From Pseudomonas aeruginosa PAO1 (GTDB lineage: Bacteria > Pseudomonadota > Gammaproteobacteria > Pseudomonadales > Pseudomonadaceae), in NCBI RefSeq assembly GCF_000006765.1, contig NC_002516.2: DNA of 64,000 nucleotides. One strand, written 5' to 3'. Position numbers and translations under genes: made by a program. Positions within the stretch are counted from its first letter, which is position 1; each line of letters starts with the position of its first letter. This document shows positions 39,448-56,660 of the stretch, piece after piece. A model generated the notes under the pieces. That model had not been told where the DNA came from. It saw only the letters and a program-made list of their open reading frames with translations, and searched no databases.

Positions 39448-40632
39448 TCAGGCGTACAGGTCGCGCCGCGACCAGGGCAGCTCGTGGGAGCCATCCTCGT
39501 GGGGGCGAATGGCGAGGATCTGGTGCAGGTTGATCCAGCCGCGCTTGAAGCCGTAGGCGCATCCGGCCAGGTACAGCCGCCAGATCCGCAAGGTTTCCTC
39601 GGGCACCAGGCGAGCCGCCTCCTTCAGCCTGGCTTCCAGGTTGGCGCTCCAGAAGTCCAGGGTCCGGGCGTAGTGCAGACGCAGGCTTTCCACGTCGACT
39701 ACTTCCAGCCCGGCTTCGCTCATCCGCGCCACCGCCAGCGACAGGTGCGGCAGCTCGCCGTGGGGAAACACGTAGCGATCGATGAAGTCGCCGGCCCCCT
39801 TGCCAACCGGGCGGCCGTCGGTGTAGCGCGAGGTGATGCCGTGGTTCATCACCAGGCCGCCGGGACGCACCGCCTCGTACAGTTGCTGGAAGTACAGCCC
39901 CAGGTTGGCGTGCCCGACGTGCTCGAACATGCCGACGCTGACCACCTTGTCGAAGCGGCCATCGCGCGGCAGGTCGCGGTAATCCAGCAGCTTGAGGGTG
40001 ACTCGGTCCTCCAGGCCTTCGGCCTTGACTCGCTCCCGGCCGAGCGCCAGCTGCTCCTTGCTCAATGTGATGCCGGTGACCTCGACGCCGAACTCGCGAG
40101 CGGCCAGGCGCGCCAGCCCTCCCCAACCGCAACCGACATCGAGCAGCTTCTCGCCCGGCTGCAAACGCAGCTTGCGGCACAGGTGACGGAGCTTGGCCAG
40201 TTGCGCGGTGGCGAGGTCTTCCTTGCCGGTCTCGAAATAAGCGCAGGAATAGACCATTTCCGGATCCAGCCAGAGCTGGTAGAAGTCGTTGGACAGGTCG
40301 TAGTGGTAATGGATGGCTTCGGCGTCTGTGTCCTTGTCGTGGCTTTCGCGAACCGGCGGCGCGCCGCCATCGGGTTCGCCGAGCGCTTCGCTGAGGGCAT
40401 CGCCGATACCGATGACCTGGCTGATCGGTCCTTCGATGTCGAGACGCTTCTCGACGTAGGCCTTGCCCAGCGCATCGAGGCTGGGATGGGTGATCTCGGT
40501 TAGCAGCGAGGGGTCGCGAATGACCATGGTTACCTGTGGATCCGGCCCCAGATCGAACGCCTGAGCATCGCCGATGCGGATCCGCAACGGCAGTTGCAGG
40601 GACAGCAACTCAGAGGGGAGCTGTGCAATCAT
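39448..40632 (-). CDS. cfa: Cyclopropane-fatty-acyl-phospholipid synthase family methyltransferase
   Basis: HYDLSNDFY, LDVGCGWG, SVGMFEHVG. Confidence 0.9.
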   Translation of the reverse strand: MIAQLPSELLSLQLPLRIRIGDAQAFDLGPDPQVTMVIRDPSLLTEITHPSLDALGKAYVEKRLDIEGPISQVIGIGDALSEALGEPDGGAPPVRESHDKDTDAEAIHYHYDLSNDFYQLWLDPEMVYSCAYFETGKEDLATAQLAKLRHLCRKLRLQPGEKLLDVGCGWGGLARLAAREFGVEVTGITLSKEQLALGRERVKAEGLEDRVTLKLLDYRDLPRDGRFDKVVSVGMFEHVGHANLGLYFQQLYEAVRPGGLVMNHGITSRYTDGRPVGKGAGDFIDRYVFPHGELPHLSLAVARMSEAGLEVVDVESLRLHYARTLDFWSANLEARLKEAARLVPEETLRIWRLYLAGCAYGFKRGWINLHQILAIRPHEDGSHELPWSRRDLYA

Positions 40633-40863
40633 GCCAAACCTCCTGGTCACAAGACGGGAACACTATAGTCCAGTACCTGATAGAGTTTTGCTATCGACTA
40701 CTTAGCCTCCTATCTATCGATGCAAAACCCCTGAGCACTCCGATTCAGGTTAGCAGCCAGTCTGCCCATGGATAGTTGACAGTTCTGATATACAAACTTT
40801 CCCTTGCTGCAATAACGGAATGACGCATACACCCTGTCAAAGGAAGCGGAAGCGACATAAGGA

Positions 40864-41493
40864 ATGCCGATGAACGAGACCGTATCCCTCGAAACACGCG
40901 AAGTACGCTTTCTCTCCGTGTTCGACTTCGACGGTACCCTGACATACCGAGACAGCTTCGTGCCCTTCCTGCGTTTCGCCTTCGGCAACCGGGTGTTCGT
41001 CCGCCGCATGCTGCGCATGGCAGGACCCAGCCTGGCCTATCTCTGCCGGCGTATCGACCGCGACGACCTGAAGGCGCGCCTGATCGCCACCTTCCTCACC
41101 GATGTGCCCGTACATGTGCTGGAAGAGCGGGCGCTGGCCTACCAGAACCGCTTCTGGGAAACACTGATGCGTCCCCACGCATTGACCGCGGTGGCCGACC
41201 AGGTCAGCAGCGGCAGCACCGTGACCATCTGTTCCGCCTCCCCTTCGCTGCTACTCAGGCCGTTCGCCGAGAAGCTCGGCGTGCACCTGATCGCCACCGA
41301 GCTGGAAGTGGTAGACGGCGTACTGACCGGCAGGATCGTCGGCCGCAACTGCCGGCGCGACGAGAAAGTCTGCCGCCTGGAGCGGCACTACGGTCCGCTG
41401 ACCCAATACTCCCTGCGCGCCTGGGGCGACTCGCGCGGCGATACGGAACTGCTGGCGGCGGCGCTGGAGCGCTTCTGGAAACCGTTCCGCTGA
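40864..41493 (+). CDS. HAD-IB family hydrolase
   Basis: FDFDGTL, CSAS, WGDSRGD. Confidence 0.88.
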   Translation: MPMNETVSLETREVRFLSVFDFDGTLTYRDSFVPFLRFAFGNRVFVRRMLRMAGPSLAYLCRRIDRDDLKARLIATFLTDVPVHVLEERALAYQNRFWETLMRPHALTAVADQVSSGSTVTICSASPSLLLRPFAEKLGVHLIATELEVVDGVLTGRIVGRNCRRDEKVCRLERHYGPLTQYSLRAWGDSRGDTELLAAALERFWKPFR

Positions 41494-41850
41494 CCGGTTG
41501 CCGGACATGGTCTGATCCGAGTATCAATCCAAAGTGGGAGCGAACGTCGCCATATCCGGCAGGAGTGCAAAATTCGGCTAACGTTCCGGTAGGATAGTTT
41601 CTCCAGCACTCCCGAGCCCCGAGCGGATTCCGGGGAGAGCCGCTTGAGGCGATACGCCGAAGCCTTCTTCGAAATCGTGCACTGGCCCCCAGAATCTCCC
41701 TCCGTTCTCTTCTTTTCTCCCCGCCGTTCCTGCATCAACCAAACAGCCATGCCCTCCATAGCCCGAGCGGTTCATCCCTGACCCTGGCGCCGGCTCCACG
41801 AGCCGGCGCCCCCTTGGCGTTCGTCCGCTCATTCAGCCAAAGAGAACATC

Positions 41851-43056
41851 ATGAACCAGAAAATTTCCCCGCCTTCACAGAAGCTCGACGGCCTGTTCCT
41901 GCTGGCCCTGTCGATGGCCGTATTCTTCGTCGGCGTGACCGAGTTCATGCTGTCCTCCATGCTCGGGCCGCTGGCGCAGGCGTTCCACACCACTACCAGC
42001 GGCGCCGCTTGGCTGATCTCCAGCTACGCGTTCTCCTATGCGATCGCCGCGCCGTTGCTGGGCTACTTCTCCGACCGCATGCAACGCAGGAAGCTGCTGC
42101 TGCTCGCCCTGGTCCTCTTCGCGGTCGATACTCTGGCCATCGTCATCGCCCCGACCCTGGAAATTGCCGTCGTCCTGCGGGTGATCGGGGGCATCGCCTC
42201 GGCAATCATCATCCCGACCACCTTCGCCCTGGTCGCGGAGGTGGTCGCCCCGCAAAGACAGGCCGGTGCCATGGGCCAGGTGATGCTCGGCATGACCCTC
42301 GGCATTGCCGCCGGCCCGGCACTGGCCGGCCTCCTCTCGGACTTCTTCGGCTGGGCGGCGCCCTTCCTGTTGGTCTCGTGCGGTTGCGTGCTGGTCTTCC
42401 TGATGGCACGCCAGCGCCTTCCCGTGCAAGCCGTGGCACCGCGCGCCGAGGGCCATGCGCTGGGCTGGTGCAGGCAATGGAGCATCCTCAGGCCACTGAT
42501 CGCCAAGGGTGCCTGGAACGGCACCGGGGTCGCCGGCCTGCTTCTCTCGGGAGAGGTGCTGCGCCAGCGCTACGGCTTCAGCACCGCGCAGATAGGCGTC
42601 AGCATCGCCGCCTTCGGCGTGGGCCTGGCCGTGGGCAACCTCGCCGCGGGTTACCTGCGACGTTATCTGAAGCGCGACGAAGACATGCTCCTGCTGGTGC
42701 TGGCGCTCCTGGTGTTATCGATGTCGACCTTCATGCTCCTGCCGCTACCGTTACCCGTGGCGCTCTGCTGCCTGGGCGCCTGGGGCGCCGCGCTGGGCCT
42801 GGGCGCGCCGGCGGGCACGGTGGTACTCGCCTCGCGCTCCGGGCCGGACAAGGGCATGGTGCTGTCGTTCGCCGAGACGTTCAACAACATCGCCATTCTC
42901 GCCAGCGTGCCCCTGGCTGTGCGACTGCTGGAGCTGAAGGGGCCGCCCGCCACCCTGTGGGTATTGGGCATCGGCCTGGGCATCGGCGCCTGGTTCACCG
43001 TGCTGGACTGGTTCGCCAGCCGCAGGAGCAACGAAGCGCTGCCGTTGCGCGATTGA
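41851..43056 (+). CDS. MFS transporter (DHA1-like)
   Basis: 12 TM segments, GYFSDRMQRR motif A. Confidence 0.88.
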   Translation: MNQKISPPSQKLDGLFLLALSMAVFFVGVTEFMLSSMLGPLAQAFHTTTSGAAWLISSYAFSYAIAAPLLGYFSDRMQRRKLLLLALVLFAVDTLAIVIAPTLEIAVVLRVIGGIASAIIIPTTFALVAEVVAPQRQAGAMGQVMLGMTLGIAAGPALAGLLSDFFGWAAPFLLVSCGCVLVFLMARQRLPVQAVAPRAEGHALGWCRQWSILRPLIAKGAWNGTGVAGLLLSGEVLRQRYGFSTAQIGVSIAAFGVGLAVGNLAAGYLRRYLKRDEDMLLLVLALLVLSMSTFMLLPLPLPVALCCLGAWGAALGLGAPAGTVVLASRSGPDKGMVLSFAETFNNIAILASVPLAVRLLELKGPPATLWVLGIGLGIGAWFTVLDWFASRRSNEALPLRD

Positions 43057-43110
43057 CAGCGAGCGCCGGGGCCGCATGCCTGCCCCGGCTTCTCGGGCAC
43101 GCGGCCGGCG

Positions 43111-44946
<1,836 letters not shown>

Positions 44947-44961
44947 GGGGTCTTTCTCCTT

Positions 44962-45735
44962 TCAGGCCTCGACCGGGGTGCAGATCAGCGTGACGCCCCG
45001 GGCGGTTATCTGTTCGCGCGCGGAAGATTCCAGGCGCTCGTCGGTAATCAGGGTATGGATGCTGCTCCAGGGCAATTCCTGGTTGGGAATGCGCCGACCG
45101 ACCTTGTCGGCCTCGGCCATGACGATCACCTCGCGGGCGACCTCGGCCATCACCCGGCTCAGGCCCAGCAATTCGTTGAACGTGGTCGTCCCGCGTTCGA
45201 GATCGATGCCGTCGGCACCGATGAATAGTTGGTCGAAGTCATAGGAACGCAGCACCTGCTCGGCAACCTGCCCCTGGAACGACTCGGAATGCGGATCCCA
45301 GGTCCCCCCGGTCATCAGCAGCACCGGCTCGTGCTCCAGTTCGCGCAGGGCGTTGACCACGTTCAGCGAGTTGGTCATCACCACCAGGCCCGGCTTGTGC
45401 CCGAGTTCGGGGATCATCGCCGCGGTGGTGCTGCCACTGTCGATGATGATCCGCGCATGCTCGCGGATGCGCGCCGCGGCGGCGCGACCGATAGCCTGCT
45501 TGTAGGGCGAGACGGGCTGCGCAGCTTCACCGATCAGTTCCTGCGGCATCGGCACCGCACCGCCGTAGCGACGCAACAGCAGGCCGTGGCTTTCCATGGC
45601 GGCGAGGTCCTTGCGGATGGTCACTTCCGAGGTGGAAAAGCGCTTGGCGAGTGCGTCCACGCTGACCTCGCCCTGCTCGGAAAGCAGCGCGAGGATGGCA
45701 TGGCGACGTTGCGGCGTATTACGTTTCGAGATCAC
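44962..45735 (-). CDS. glmR: DeoR-family regulator
   Basis: HTH SEVTIRKDL, IDSGSTT, VMTNS. Confidence 0.9.
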   Translation of the reverse strand: MISKRNTPQRRHAILALLSEQGEVSVDALAKRFSTSEVTIRKDLAAMESHGLLLRRYGGAVPMPQELIGEAAQPVSPYKQAIGRAAAARIREHARIIIDSGSTTAAMIPELGHKPGLVVMTNSLNVVNALRELEHEPVLLMTGGTWDPHSESFQGQVAEQVLRSYDFDQLFIGADGIDLERGTTTFNELLGLSRVMAEVAREVIVMAEADKVGRRIPNQELPWSSIHTLITDERLESSAREQITARGVTLICTPVEA

Positions 45736-45737
45736 TT

Positions 45738-45776
45738 AAGTTTCGTTTCGAAAGAAAAGTGTGCGAATCAAAACTT
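45738..45776. promoter_or_regulatory. Candidate GlmR operator (inverted repeat)
   Basis: AAGTTTCGTTTCG-N13-CGAATCAAAACTT, 11/13 arm match, abutting the glmR start. Confidence 0.55.
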
Positions 45777-45802
45777 ATCCGGCGCTTCCCGTCAATGACT
45801 TT

Positions 45803-46312
45803 TCATCGGCTCGGCAGTACCGTATCGGGATCGAGGTAGAACATCTTCTTCCAACCCTGGGTGCTGTCGTCGGCCAGCCAGGGATAGGGCAGCAAGGTGA
45901 TGATCGCGTAGTGCAGGTGGGCCGGCTTGCCGCGCGCGTTGCCGGTGGTGCCGACCGTACCCAGGCGGGAACCGGCAAGGACCGGCTGGCCCGGATAGGC
46001 GTCGAGGCTATCGAGATGGGCGTAGTAATGCAGGCGCCACTTGGGCGCCAGCACCAGGACGACCTTGCCGCCGAGGGCGATCTCCCCGCGATAGAGCACC
46101 AGGCCGTAGCTGGCGGAGCGTACGGGGGTGCCGCTGCGGGCGAAGATGTCGATGCCCTTGTGCACTCCGGAGCGCCCCCAGGGCTCGAACCAGAAGGTTC
46201 GCGGATTCCAGTCGCGGGCACTGGCGCCTTCGACGGGTATCCGCGGCCATTCGGGCAGCACCGCCCAGGCTATGAGCAGCCCCAGCACGATCCGTTTCGC
46301 AGGCTTCGGCAT
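45803..46312 (-). CDS. M23 family metallopeptidase
   Basis: HKGIDIF, YAHL, HLHY; N-terminal membrane anchor. Confidence 0.88.
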   Translation of the reverse strand: MPKPAKRIVLGLLIAWAVLPEWPRIPVEGASARDWNPRTFWFEPWGRSGVHKGIDIFARSGTPVRSASYGLVLYRGEIALGGKVVLVLAPKWRLHYYAHLDSLDAYPGQPVLAGSRLGTVGTTGNARGKPAHLHYAIITLLPYPWLADDSTQGWKKMFYLDPDTVLPSR

Positions 46313-46325
46313 CCGTGCCGCTCCG

Positions 46326-47690
46326 TTACTTCTTGATTTTTTCCGGGCGCTTCCAGTTTTCCAGGTTCTTCTGCCGGGCGCGGCCGAAGGCCAGGTTCTT
46401 CGCCGGAACCTCATGGGTGATGGTGGAGCCGGCCGCGGTCGTCGCGCCATCGCCGATCTTCAGCGGCGCCACCAGCGAGTTGTTCGAGCCGATGAACACA
46501 TCATCGCCCAGCTCGGTGCGGAACTTGTTCGCGCCATCGTAGTTGCAGGTGATGGTGCCGGCGCCGATGTTGCAGTTGGCGCCCAGCTCGGCATCGCCCA
46601 GGTAGCTCAGGTGGCCGGCCTTGCTCCCCTCGCCCAGGCGGGCATTCTTCAGTTCGACGAAGTTGCCGACATGGGCCCGAGCGCCGAGCACACTGCCCGG
46701 ACGCAGGCGGGCGAACGGACCGGCATCGCTACCCTCGCCCAGCTCCGCGCCTTCCAGGTGGCTGTTGGCCTTGATCACCGCGCCACGCCGCAGGACGCTG
46801 TCGCGAATCACGCAGTTCGGTCCGATGCGCACGTCGTCCTCGATCACCACGCGGCCTTCCAGCACCACATTGACGTCGATCAGCACGTCGCGGCCGACCG
46901 AGATTTCGCCACGGACATCCAGGCGCTGCGGATCGAGCAGGGTCACGCCCTGGCGCATCAGCTCCTCTGCGCGCAGGCGCTGGTAGTGACGCTCCAGCTG
47001 GGCCTGTTGCATGCGGTCATTGACGCCCTGCACTTCCATCGCGTCCAGCGGTTGGGCGCTGGCCACCACCAGGCCGTCGCCGACCGCCATGGCGATCACG
47101 TCGGTCAGGTAGTACTCGCCCTGGGCGTTGTCGTTGGACAGGCGGCCGAGCCAGTCGGCAAGGCGCTTGCCCGGCACCGCGAGGATGCCGGTGTTGATCT
47201 CGCCGATCTGGCGCTGCGCCGGGGTCGCGTCCTTGTGCTCGACGATGGCCTGCACCGCGCCCTGGTCGTCACGGACGATGCGGCCGTAGCCGGTGGGGTC
47301 GAGCATGTCGACGGTGAGCAACGACAACTGGTCCGGGGTGACTTGCGCCAGCAGGCGCTGCAAGGTGTCCAGCTGGATCAGCGGCACGTCGCCGTAGAGG
47401 ATCAGCACCTGGTCTGCACTGAGGAACGGCAGGGCCTGGGCCACCGCATGGCCCGTACCGAGCTGTTCGGCCTGGAGCACGAAATTCAGGTCGTCGGCGG
47501 CCATCCGCTCACGCACCAGATCCGCGCCGTGGCCGATCACCACGTGGATCCGTTCCGGCTGCAACTGGCGCGCGCAGTCGATGACGTGGCCGAGCATCGG
47601 CTTGCCGGCAATGGGATGGAGGACCTTGGGCAGGGCCGAACGCATGCGGGTGCCCTGGCCGGCGGCGAGAATCACGATTTCAAGGGACAT
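46326..47690 (-). CDS. glmU: Bifunctional UDP-GlcNAc pyrophosphorylase/acetyltransferase
   Basis: [17 protein letters not shown], hexapeptide repeats. Confidence 0.98.
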   Translation of the reverse strand: MSLEIVILAAGQGTRMRSALPKVLHPIAGKPMLGHVIDCARQLQPERIHVVIGHGADLVRERMAADDLNFVLQAEQLGTGHAVAQALPFLSADQVLILYGDVPLIQLDTLQRLLAQVTPDQLSLLTVDMLDPTGYGRIVRDDQGAVQAIVEHKDATPAQRQIGEINTGILAVPGKRLADWLGRLSNDNAQGEYYLTDVIAMAVGDGLVVASAQPLDAMEVQGVNDRMQQAQLERHYQRLRAEELMRQGVTLLDPQRLDVRGEISVGRDVLIDVNVVLEGRVVIEDDVRIGPNCVIRDSVLRRGAVIKANSHLEGAELGEGSDAGPFARLRPGSVLGARAHVGNFVELKNARLGEGSKAGHLSYLGDAELGANCNIGAGTITCNYDGANKFRTELGDDVFIGSNNSLVAPLKIGDGATTAAGSTITHEVPAKNLAFGRARQKNLENWKRPEKIKK

Positions 47691-47749
47691 GGACTGGACT
47701 ACCGTTCCTGGTGGTCACAGGCAAAACCTGTGAGTGAAGATGCAAAACG

Positions 47750-47779
47750 AAAAAAGGGTAGCCCACAGGCTACCCTTTT
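47750..47779. terminator. atp operon terminator (bidirectional form)
   Basis: AAAAGGGTAGC-N6-GCTACCCTTTT. Confidence 0.8.
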
Positions 47780-47810
47780 CCCTGACACCGCTAGAAGTAC
47801 CGGCTGGAAA

Positions 47811-48236
47811 TCAGCCGCCGAACTTCTTGCGCAGTTGCTGGACGGTGCGCAGCTGGGCTGCGGCTTCGGCCAGACGCGCGGCAGCGGCGCTGTAGTCGAA
47901 CTCGGCGCCCTTGCCCTGCAGCGCCTTTTCGGCAGCCTTCAGGGCTTCCTGGGCGGCCGCTTCGTCGAGGTCGCCGGCACGAACCACGGTGTCGGCGAGG
48001 ACCTTGACCATGTTCGGCTGGACTTCGAGGAAACCGCCGGAGATGTAGTACACCTCCTGCTCGCCGCCCTGCTTGACCAGGCGGATAGGGCCCGGTTTCA
48101 GGTCGGTGATCAGCGGCGCGTGGCCCGGGGCGATACCCAGGTCACCCAGAGCGCCGTGCGCGATAACCATCTCGACCAGGCCGGAGAAGATCTCCGCCTC
48201 GGCGCTGACGATGTCGCAATGGACTGTTATGGCCAT
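47811..48236 (-). CDS. atpC: ATP synthase epsilon
   Basis: [17 protein letters not shown]. Confidence 0.97.
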
Positions 48237-48277
48237 ACGCTTGCCTCACATGAGCGCCCGTCGCCGGGCGCACAGGA

Positions 48278-49684
<1,407 letters not shown>

Positions 49685-50545
49685 TTACACCGCGGCAGCG
49701 CCGCCGACGATTTCCGAGATTTCCTGGGTGATCGCCGCCTGACGCGCCTTGTTGTAGATCAGCTGCAAATCGCTGATCAGCTCGCCGGCGTTGTCGGTAG
49801 CGTTCTTCATTGCAATCATCCGGGCCGCCTGCTCACAGGCGTTGTTCTCAACCACGGCCTGGTACACCTGGGATTCCACGTAACGCACCAGCAGCCCGTC
49901 GAGGAGCGACTTGGCGTCGGGTTCGTAGAGATAGTCCCAGTGGTGCTTCAGCTCCTGATCGTCATCGGCCACCAGCGGAATCAGCTGTTCCACGGTCGGC
50001 TTCTGGGTCATGGTGTTGACGAACTTGTTGGAGACCACGAACAGGCGATCGATACGGCCTTCGAGGTATGCGTCGAGCATCACCTTGACACTGCCGATCA
50101 GGTCGTTGATCGAAGGCTCTTCGCCGAGGTGGCTGATAGCTGCCACGACGTTGCCGCCGAAACTGCGGAAGAACGAAGCGCCCTTGCTACCGATCACGCA
50201 AAGGTCGATTTCCGCCCCTTGCTCGCGGTAGCCGCTCATGTCCTTGACGAGGGACTTGAACAGGTTGATGTTCAGACCGCCGCACAGACCACGGTCACTG
50301 CTCACCACGATGTAGCCGACGCGCTTGACTTCACGCTCGACCATGAACGGGTGACGGTATTCCGGGTTGGCGTTGGCCAGATGGCCGATCACCTGGCGAA
50401 TACGCTCCGCGTAGGGACGGCCGGCCGCCATGCGCATTTGTGCCTTGCGCATCTTGCTCACCGCCACTTTTTCCATGGCATTGGTGATCTTTTGCGTGCT
50501 TTTGATGCTCGCAATCTTGCTGCGAATCTCTTTTGCGCCTGCCAT
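49685..50545 (-). CDS. atpG: ATP synthase gamma
   Basis: [20 protein letters not shown]. Confidence 0.99.
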
Positions 50546-50595
50546 TTGACACCTATCGGGTTAGCAGGCGGGAGCCTCGCGGCTCCCGCTGCGGC

Positions 50596-52140
<1,545 letters not shown>

Positions 52141-52158
52141 GCCGCTGCCCCTTCAAAC

Positions 52159-52695
52159 TCAAGATTTCAACGCTTCGGCCAGTTTCGCGAGCTTGCCGCG
52201 CACCGAGCCATCGATTACCAAGTCACCGGCGCGAATGATCACGCCGCCGATCAGGCTCGCGTCTTCCGACGCATGTAGCCGCACTTCGCGACTGAGCCGG
52301 GCGCTGAGAGCCTTGGCGAGTTTGTCCTGCTGTTCTTTGCTCAAGGTGAAGGCACTGGTGACTTCTACCTCGACCGACTTTTCCTGCTCGGCCTTCAACT
52401 GCTCGTACATCTCAGCGATGGTCGGCAGCAGTTCGAGCCGCTTGTTCTCAGCCACAGTCCGGACGAAGTTCTGGGCTGGTGCATTCAGCTTGTCGCCGCA
52501 CACATCGATCAGGCTCTGGGCCTTGGCCGAAGAGGTCAGCTGAGGCTCTTTGAGCAGCTGGCGCACGGTGTCGTCCTGCGACACTGCGGCCAGCACACCC
52601 AGCGCAGCCGACCAATCGGCCAGTTGCTGATGAGCCTGGGCGTACTCGAAAGCCGCCTTTGCGTAGGGACGAGCCAACGTGGTCAGTTCTGCCAT
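52159..52695 (-). CDS. atpH: ATP synthase delta
   Basis: [18 protein letters not shown]. Confidence 0.97.
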
Positions 52696-52706
52696 AGCGC
52701 CCTCGC

Positions 52707-53177
52707 TTAGATCTCGGCTGCCAGTTTGGAAACCAGCTGCTCGTGCGCGTTTGCGTCGATCGAAGCACCCAGGATCTTCTCTGCGCCGGTGACGGCCAGG
52801 GCACCCACTTGGGCACGCAGGGCGTCCTTGACGCTGTTCAGTTCCTGTTCGATTTCCGCTTGGGCCTGGGCCTTCAGGCGTTCGCCTTCGGTACGGGCCT
52901 GGTCGCGGGCTTCATCGACGATCTGGTTAGCGCGTTTCTTCGCCTGTTCGACGATTTCGGCTGCCTGAGCCTTGGCTTCGCGCAGTTGCTGGCCCGCTTT
53001 CTCATGAGCCAGCTCCAGATCACGAGCCGCGCGGTTGGCAGCGTCCAGGCCGTCAGCGATCTTCTTCTGACGCTCTTGCAGAGCCGCGATGACCGGAGGC
53101 CACACGAACTTCATGCAGAACAGCACAAAGATGAAGAACGCAACGGACTGGCCAATCAGGGTTGCATTAATGTTCAC
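52707..53177 (-). CDS. atpF: ATP synthase b
   Basis: [12 protein letters not shown] helix plus coiled coil. Confidence 0.97.
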
Positions 53178-53234
53178 GCCAACACCTCGCTCGTTCGTTG
53201 TCCGTCAAACACTCAAATCGAATGATTCGAGTGA

Positions 53235-54808
<1,574 letters not shown>

Positions 54809-54971
54809 GCGGGACTCCATCGCGCTCTCAGTCTTCTGGTGTCGGCACTGCCAAATCAACGACTTGGCATAAAAAGTGCCCACAAAATAGCGCGCAGAGT
54901 ATAGGGGGGGAGTCCCCCCTGTTCAACTGGCTGGTAGTGATTTCCGACTACCCGCTACAACCCAAAGTGTG

Positions 54972-55844
54972 TCAACGGATGTGGGCGAGAACGCCCTGCA
55001 GTTCATCCAGGGAGCTGTAGCGGATGACCAACTGTCCCTTGCCCTTCTGACCATGCCGGATCTGCACCGAAGCGCCCAGGCGCTCGGCCAGGCGCTGTTC
55101 CAGGCGGGCGATGTCCGGGTCGCTCTTGACCGGTCCCGCAGGCTTGCCAGGGGCATGCGTCCACTGCCGAACCAGGGCTTCGGTCTGACGTACGGTCAGC
55201 CCATGTGCGACAACATGTCGCGCCCCTTCCACCTGCCGTTCTGCCGGCAGACCGAGGAGCGCACGGGCATGGCCCATCTCCAGGTCGCCATGGGAAAGCA
55301 GGGTCTTGATCTCTTCCGGCAGGCCGATCAGGCGCAGCAGGTTGGTAATGGTCGCGCGCGACTTGCCGACCGCTTCCGCGACCTGCTGCTGGGTCAGCTG
55401 GAACTCCTGCTGCAAGCGCTGCAGGGCAGCGGCTTCCTCGATCGGGTTGAGGTCCTCGCGCTGGATGTTCTCGATCAGCGCCATGGCGATGGCCGCTTCG
55501 TCCGGCACGTCGCGCACCAGCGCCGGGATCTTTTCCAGTCCGGCCTGCTGGCTGGCCCGCCAGCGCCGCTCGCCGGCAATGATCTCGTAGCGGCCATTGG
55601 CGATCGGCCGCACCACGATGGGCTGCATCACGCCCTGGGCCTTGATCGACTGCGCCAGTTCCTCCAGCGCCTGAGGGTCCATGTCGCGACGCGGCTGGTA
55701 CTTGCCGCGCTGCATCAGGTCGAGGGGGATCTGCTGCAACTCGCGGCGGTCGGCCTGTACGGCTTCCTCCTGCAGTTTGGCGGGACTCGAGCCGCCCAGC
55801 AGGGCATCGAGCCCGCGTCCCAGTCCACGTTTCTTGGCTGCCAT
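54972..55844 (-). CDS. parB: Chromosome partition protein ParB (Spo0J)
   Basis: GLGRGL, IIAGERRWRA, ENIQREDL, HTH. Confidence 0.97.
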   Translation of the reverse strand: MAAKKRGLGRGLDALLGGSSPAKLQEEAVQADRRELQQIPLDLMQRGKYQPRRDMDPQALEELAQSIKAQGVMQPIVVRPIANGRYEIIAGERRWRASQQAGLEKIPALVRDVPDEAAIAMALIENIQREDLNPIEEAAALQRLQQEFQLTQQQVAEAVGKSRATITNLLRLIGLPEEIKTLLSHGDLEMGHARALLGLPAERQVEGARHVVAHGLTVRQTEALVRQWTHAPGKPAGPVKSDPDIARLEQRLAERLGASVQIRHGQKGKGQLVIRYSSLDELQGVLAHIR

Positions 55845-55853
55845 GCGGGTTCC

Positions 55854-56642
55854 TTATGCGGTTGCGGCGCGGCCTTTGGCGCGCTGGCGGCGGACCAGCT
55901 CGCCGGCCAGCGCCAGGTAGGCGATGGCGCCGCGGGATTGCTTGTCGTAAACCAGCGCCGGCATGCCGAAGCTGGGGGCTTCGGCGAGGCGCACGTTACG
56001 CGGGATGACGGTGCTGTAGAGGGTGTCGCCGAAATGCTCCTGCAACTGCGCGGAGACATCGTTGGTCAGGCTGATGCGCGGATCGTACATGGTCCGCAAC
56101 AGACCCTCGATCTTCAGCGTCGGGTTGAGCAACTGGCCGATGCGCTGGATGCTGTTCATCAGGTCGGTCAGCCCCTCCAGCGCGTAGTACTCGCACTGCA
56201 TGGGGATGATCACGCCGTCGGCGGCGGTCAGCGCGTTGACGGTGAGCATCGACAGCGACGGCGGGCAGTCGATGAGGATGTAGTCGTAGTTCTCGCGGAT
56301 CGGCGCCAGCGCGTTGCGCAGGCGATTTTCCTTCATGTCCATTTCCAGCAGCACCACTTCCGCGGCGGTCAGGTCGCGGTTGGCCGGCAGCAACTGGTAG
56401 CCGCCGTGTTCGGAGAACTGCATGGCCTCGGCGAGGTTGCACTCGCCGGTGAGCACGTCGTAGATGGAGTGCTCCAGGTTGTGCTTGTCGATGCCGCTGC
56501 CGGTGGTGGCGTTGCCCTGGGGATCCAGGTCCAGCAGGAGGACGCGGCGCTTGGTCGCCACGAGGGAGGCCGCGAGGTTGATACAGGTCGTGGTCTTGCC
56601 GACACCGCCTTTCTGGTTGGCGATCGCGAATACCTTAGCCAT
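55854..56642 (-). CDS. parA: ParA (Soj) ATPase
   Basis: KGGVGKT deviant Walker A, DLDPQGNAT, IDCPP. Confidence 0.97.
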   Translation of the reverse strand: MAKVFAIANQKGGVGKTTTCINLAASLVATKRRVLLLDLDPQGNATTGSGIDKHNLEHSIYDVLTGECNLAEAMQFSEHGGYQLLPANRDLTAAEVVLLEMDMKENRLRNALAPIRENYDYILIDCPPSLSMLTVNALTAADGVIIPMQCEYYALEGLTDLMNSIQRIGQLLNPTLKIEGLLRTMYDPRISLTNDVSAQLQEHFGDTLYSTVIPRNVRLAEAPSFGMPALVYDKQSRGAIAYLALAGELVRRQRAKGRAATA

Positions 56643-56660
56643 GGTTATCCCTGTTCCCCC

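Noticed and set aside
43057-43110. Tn7 or other mobile element at attTn7
   Set aside because: The 54-bp gap has no TGT...ACA ends or transposase, and no IS or integrase is found anywhere in the window.
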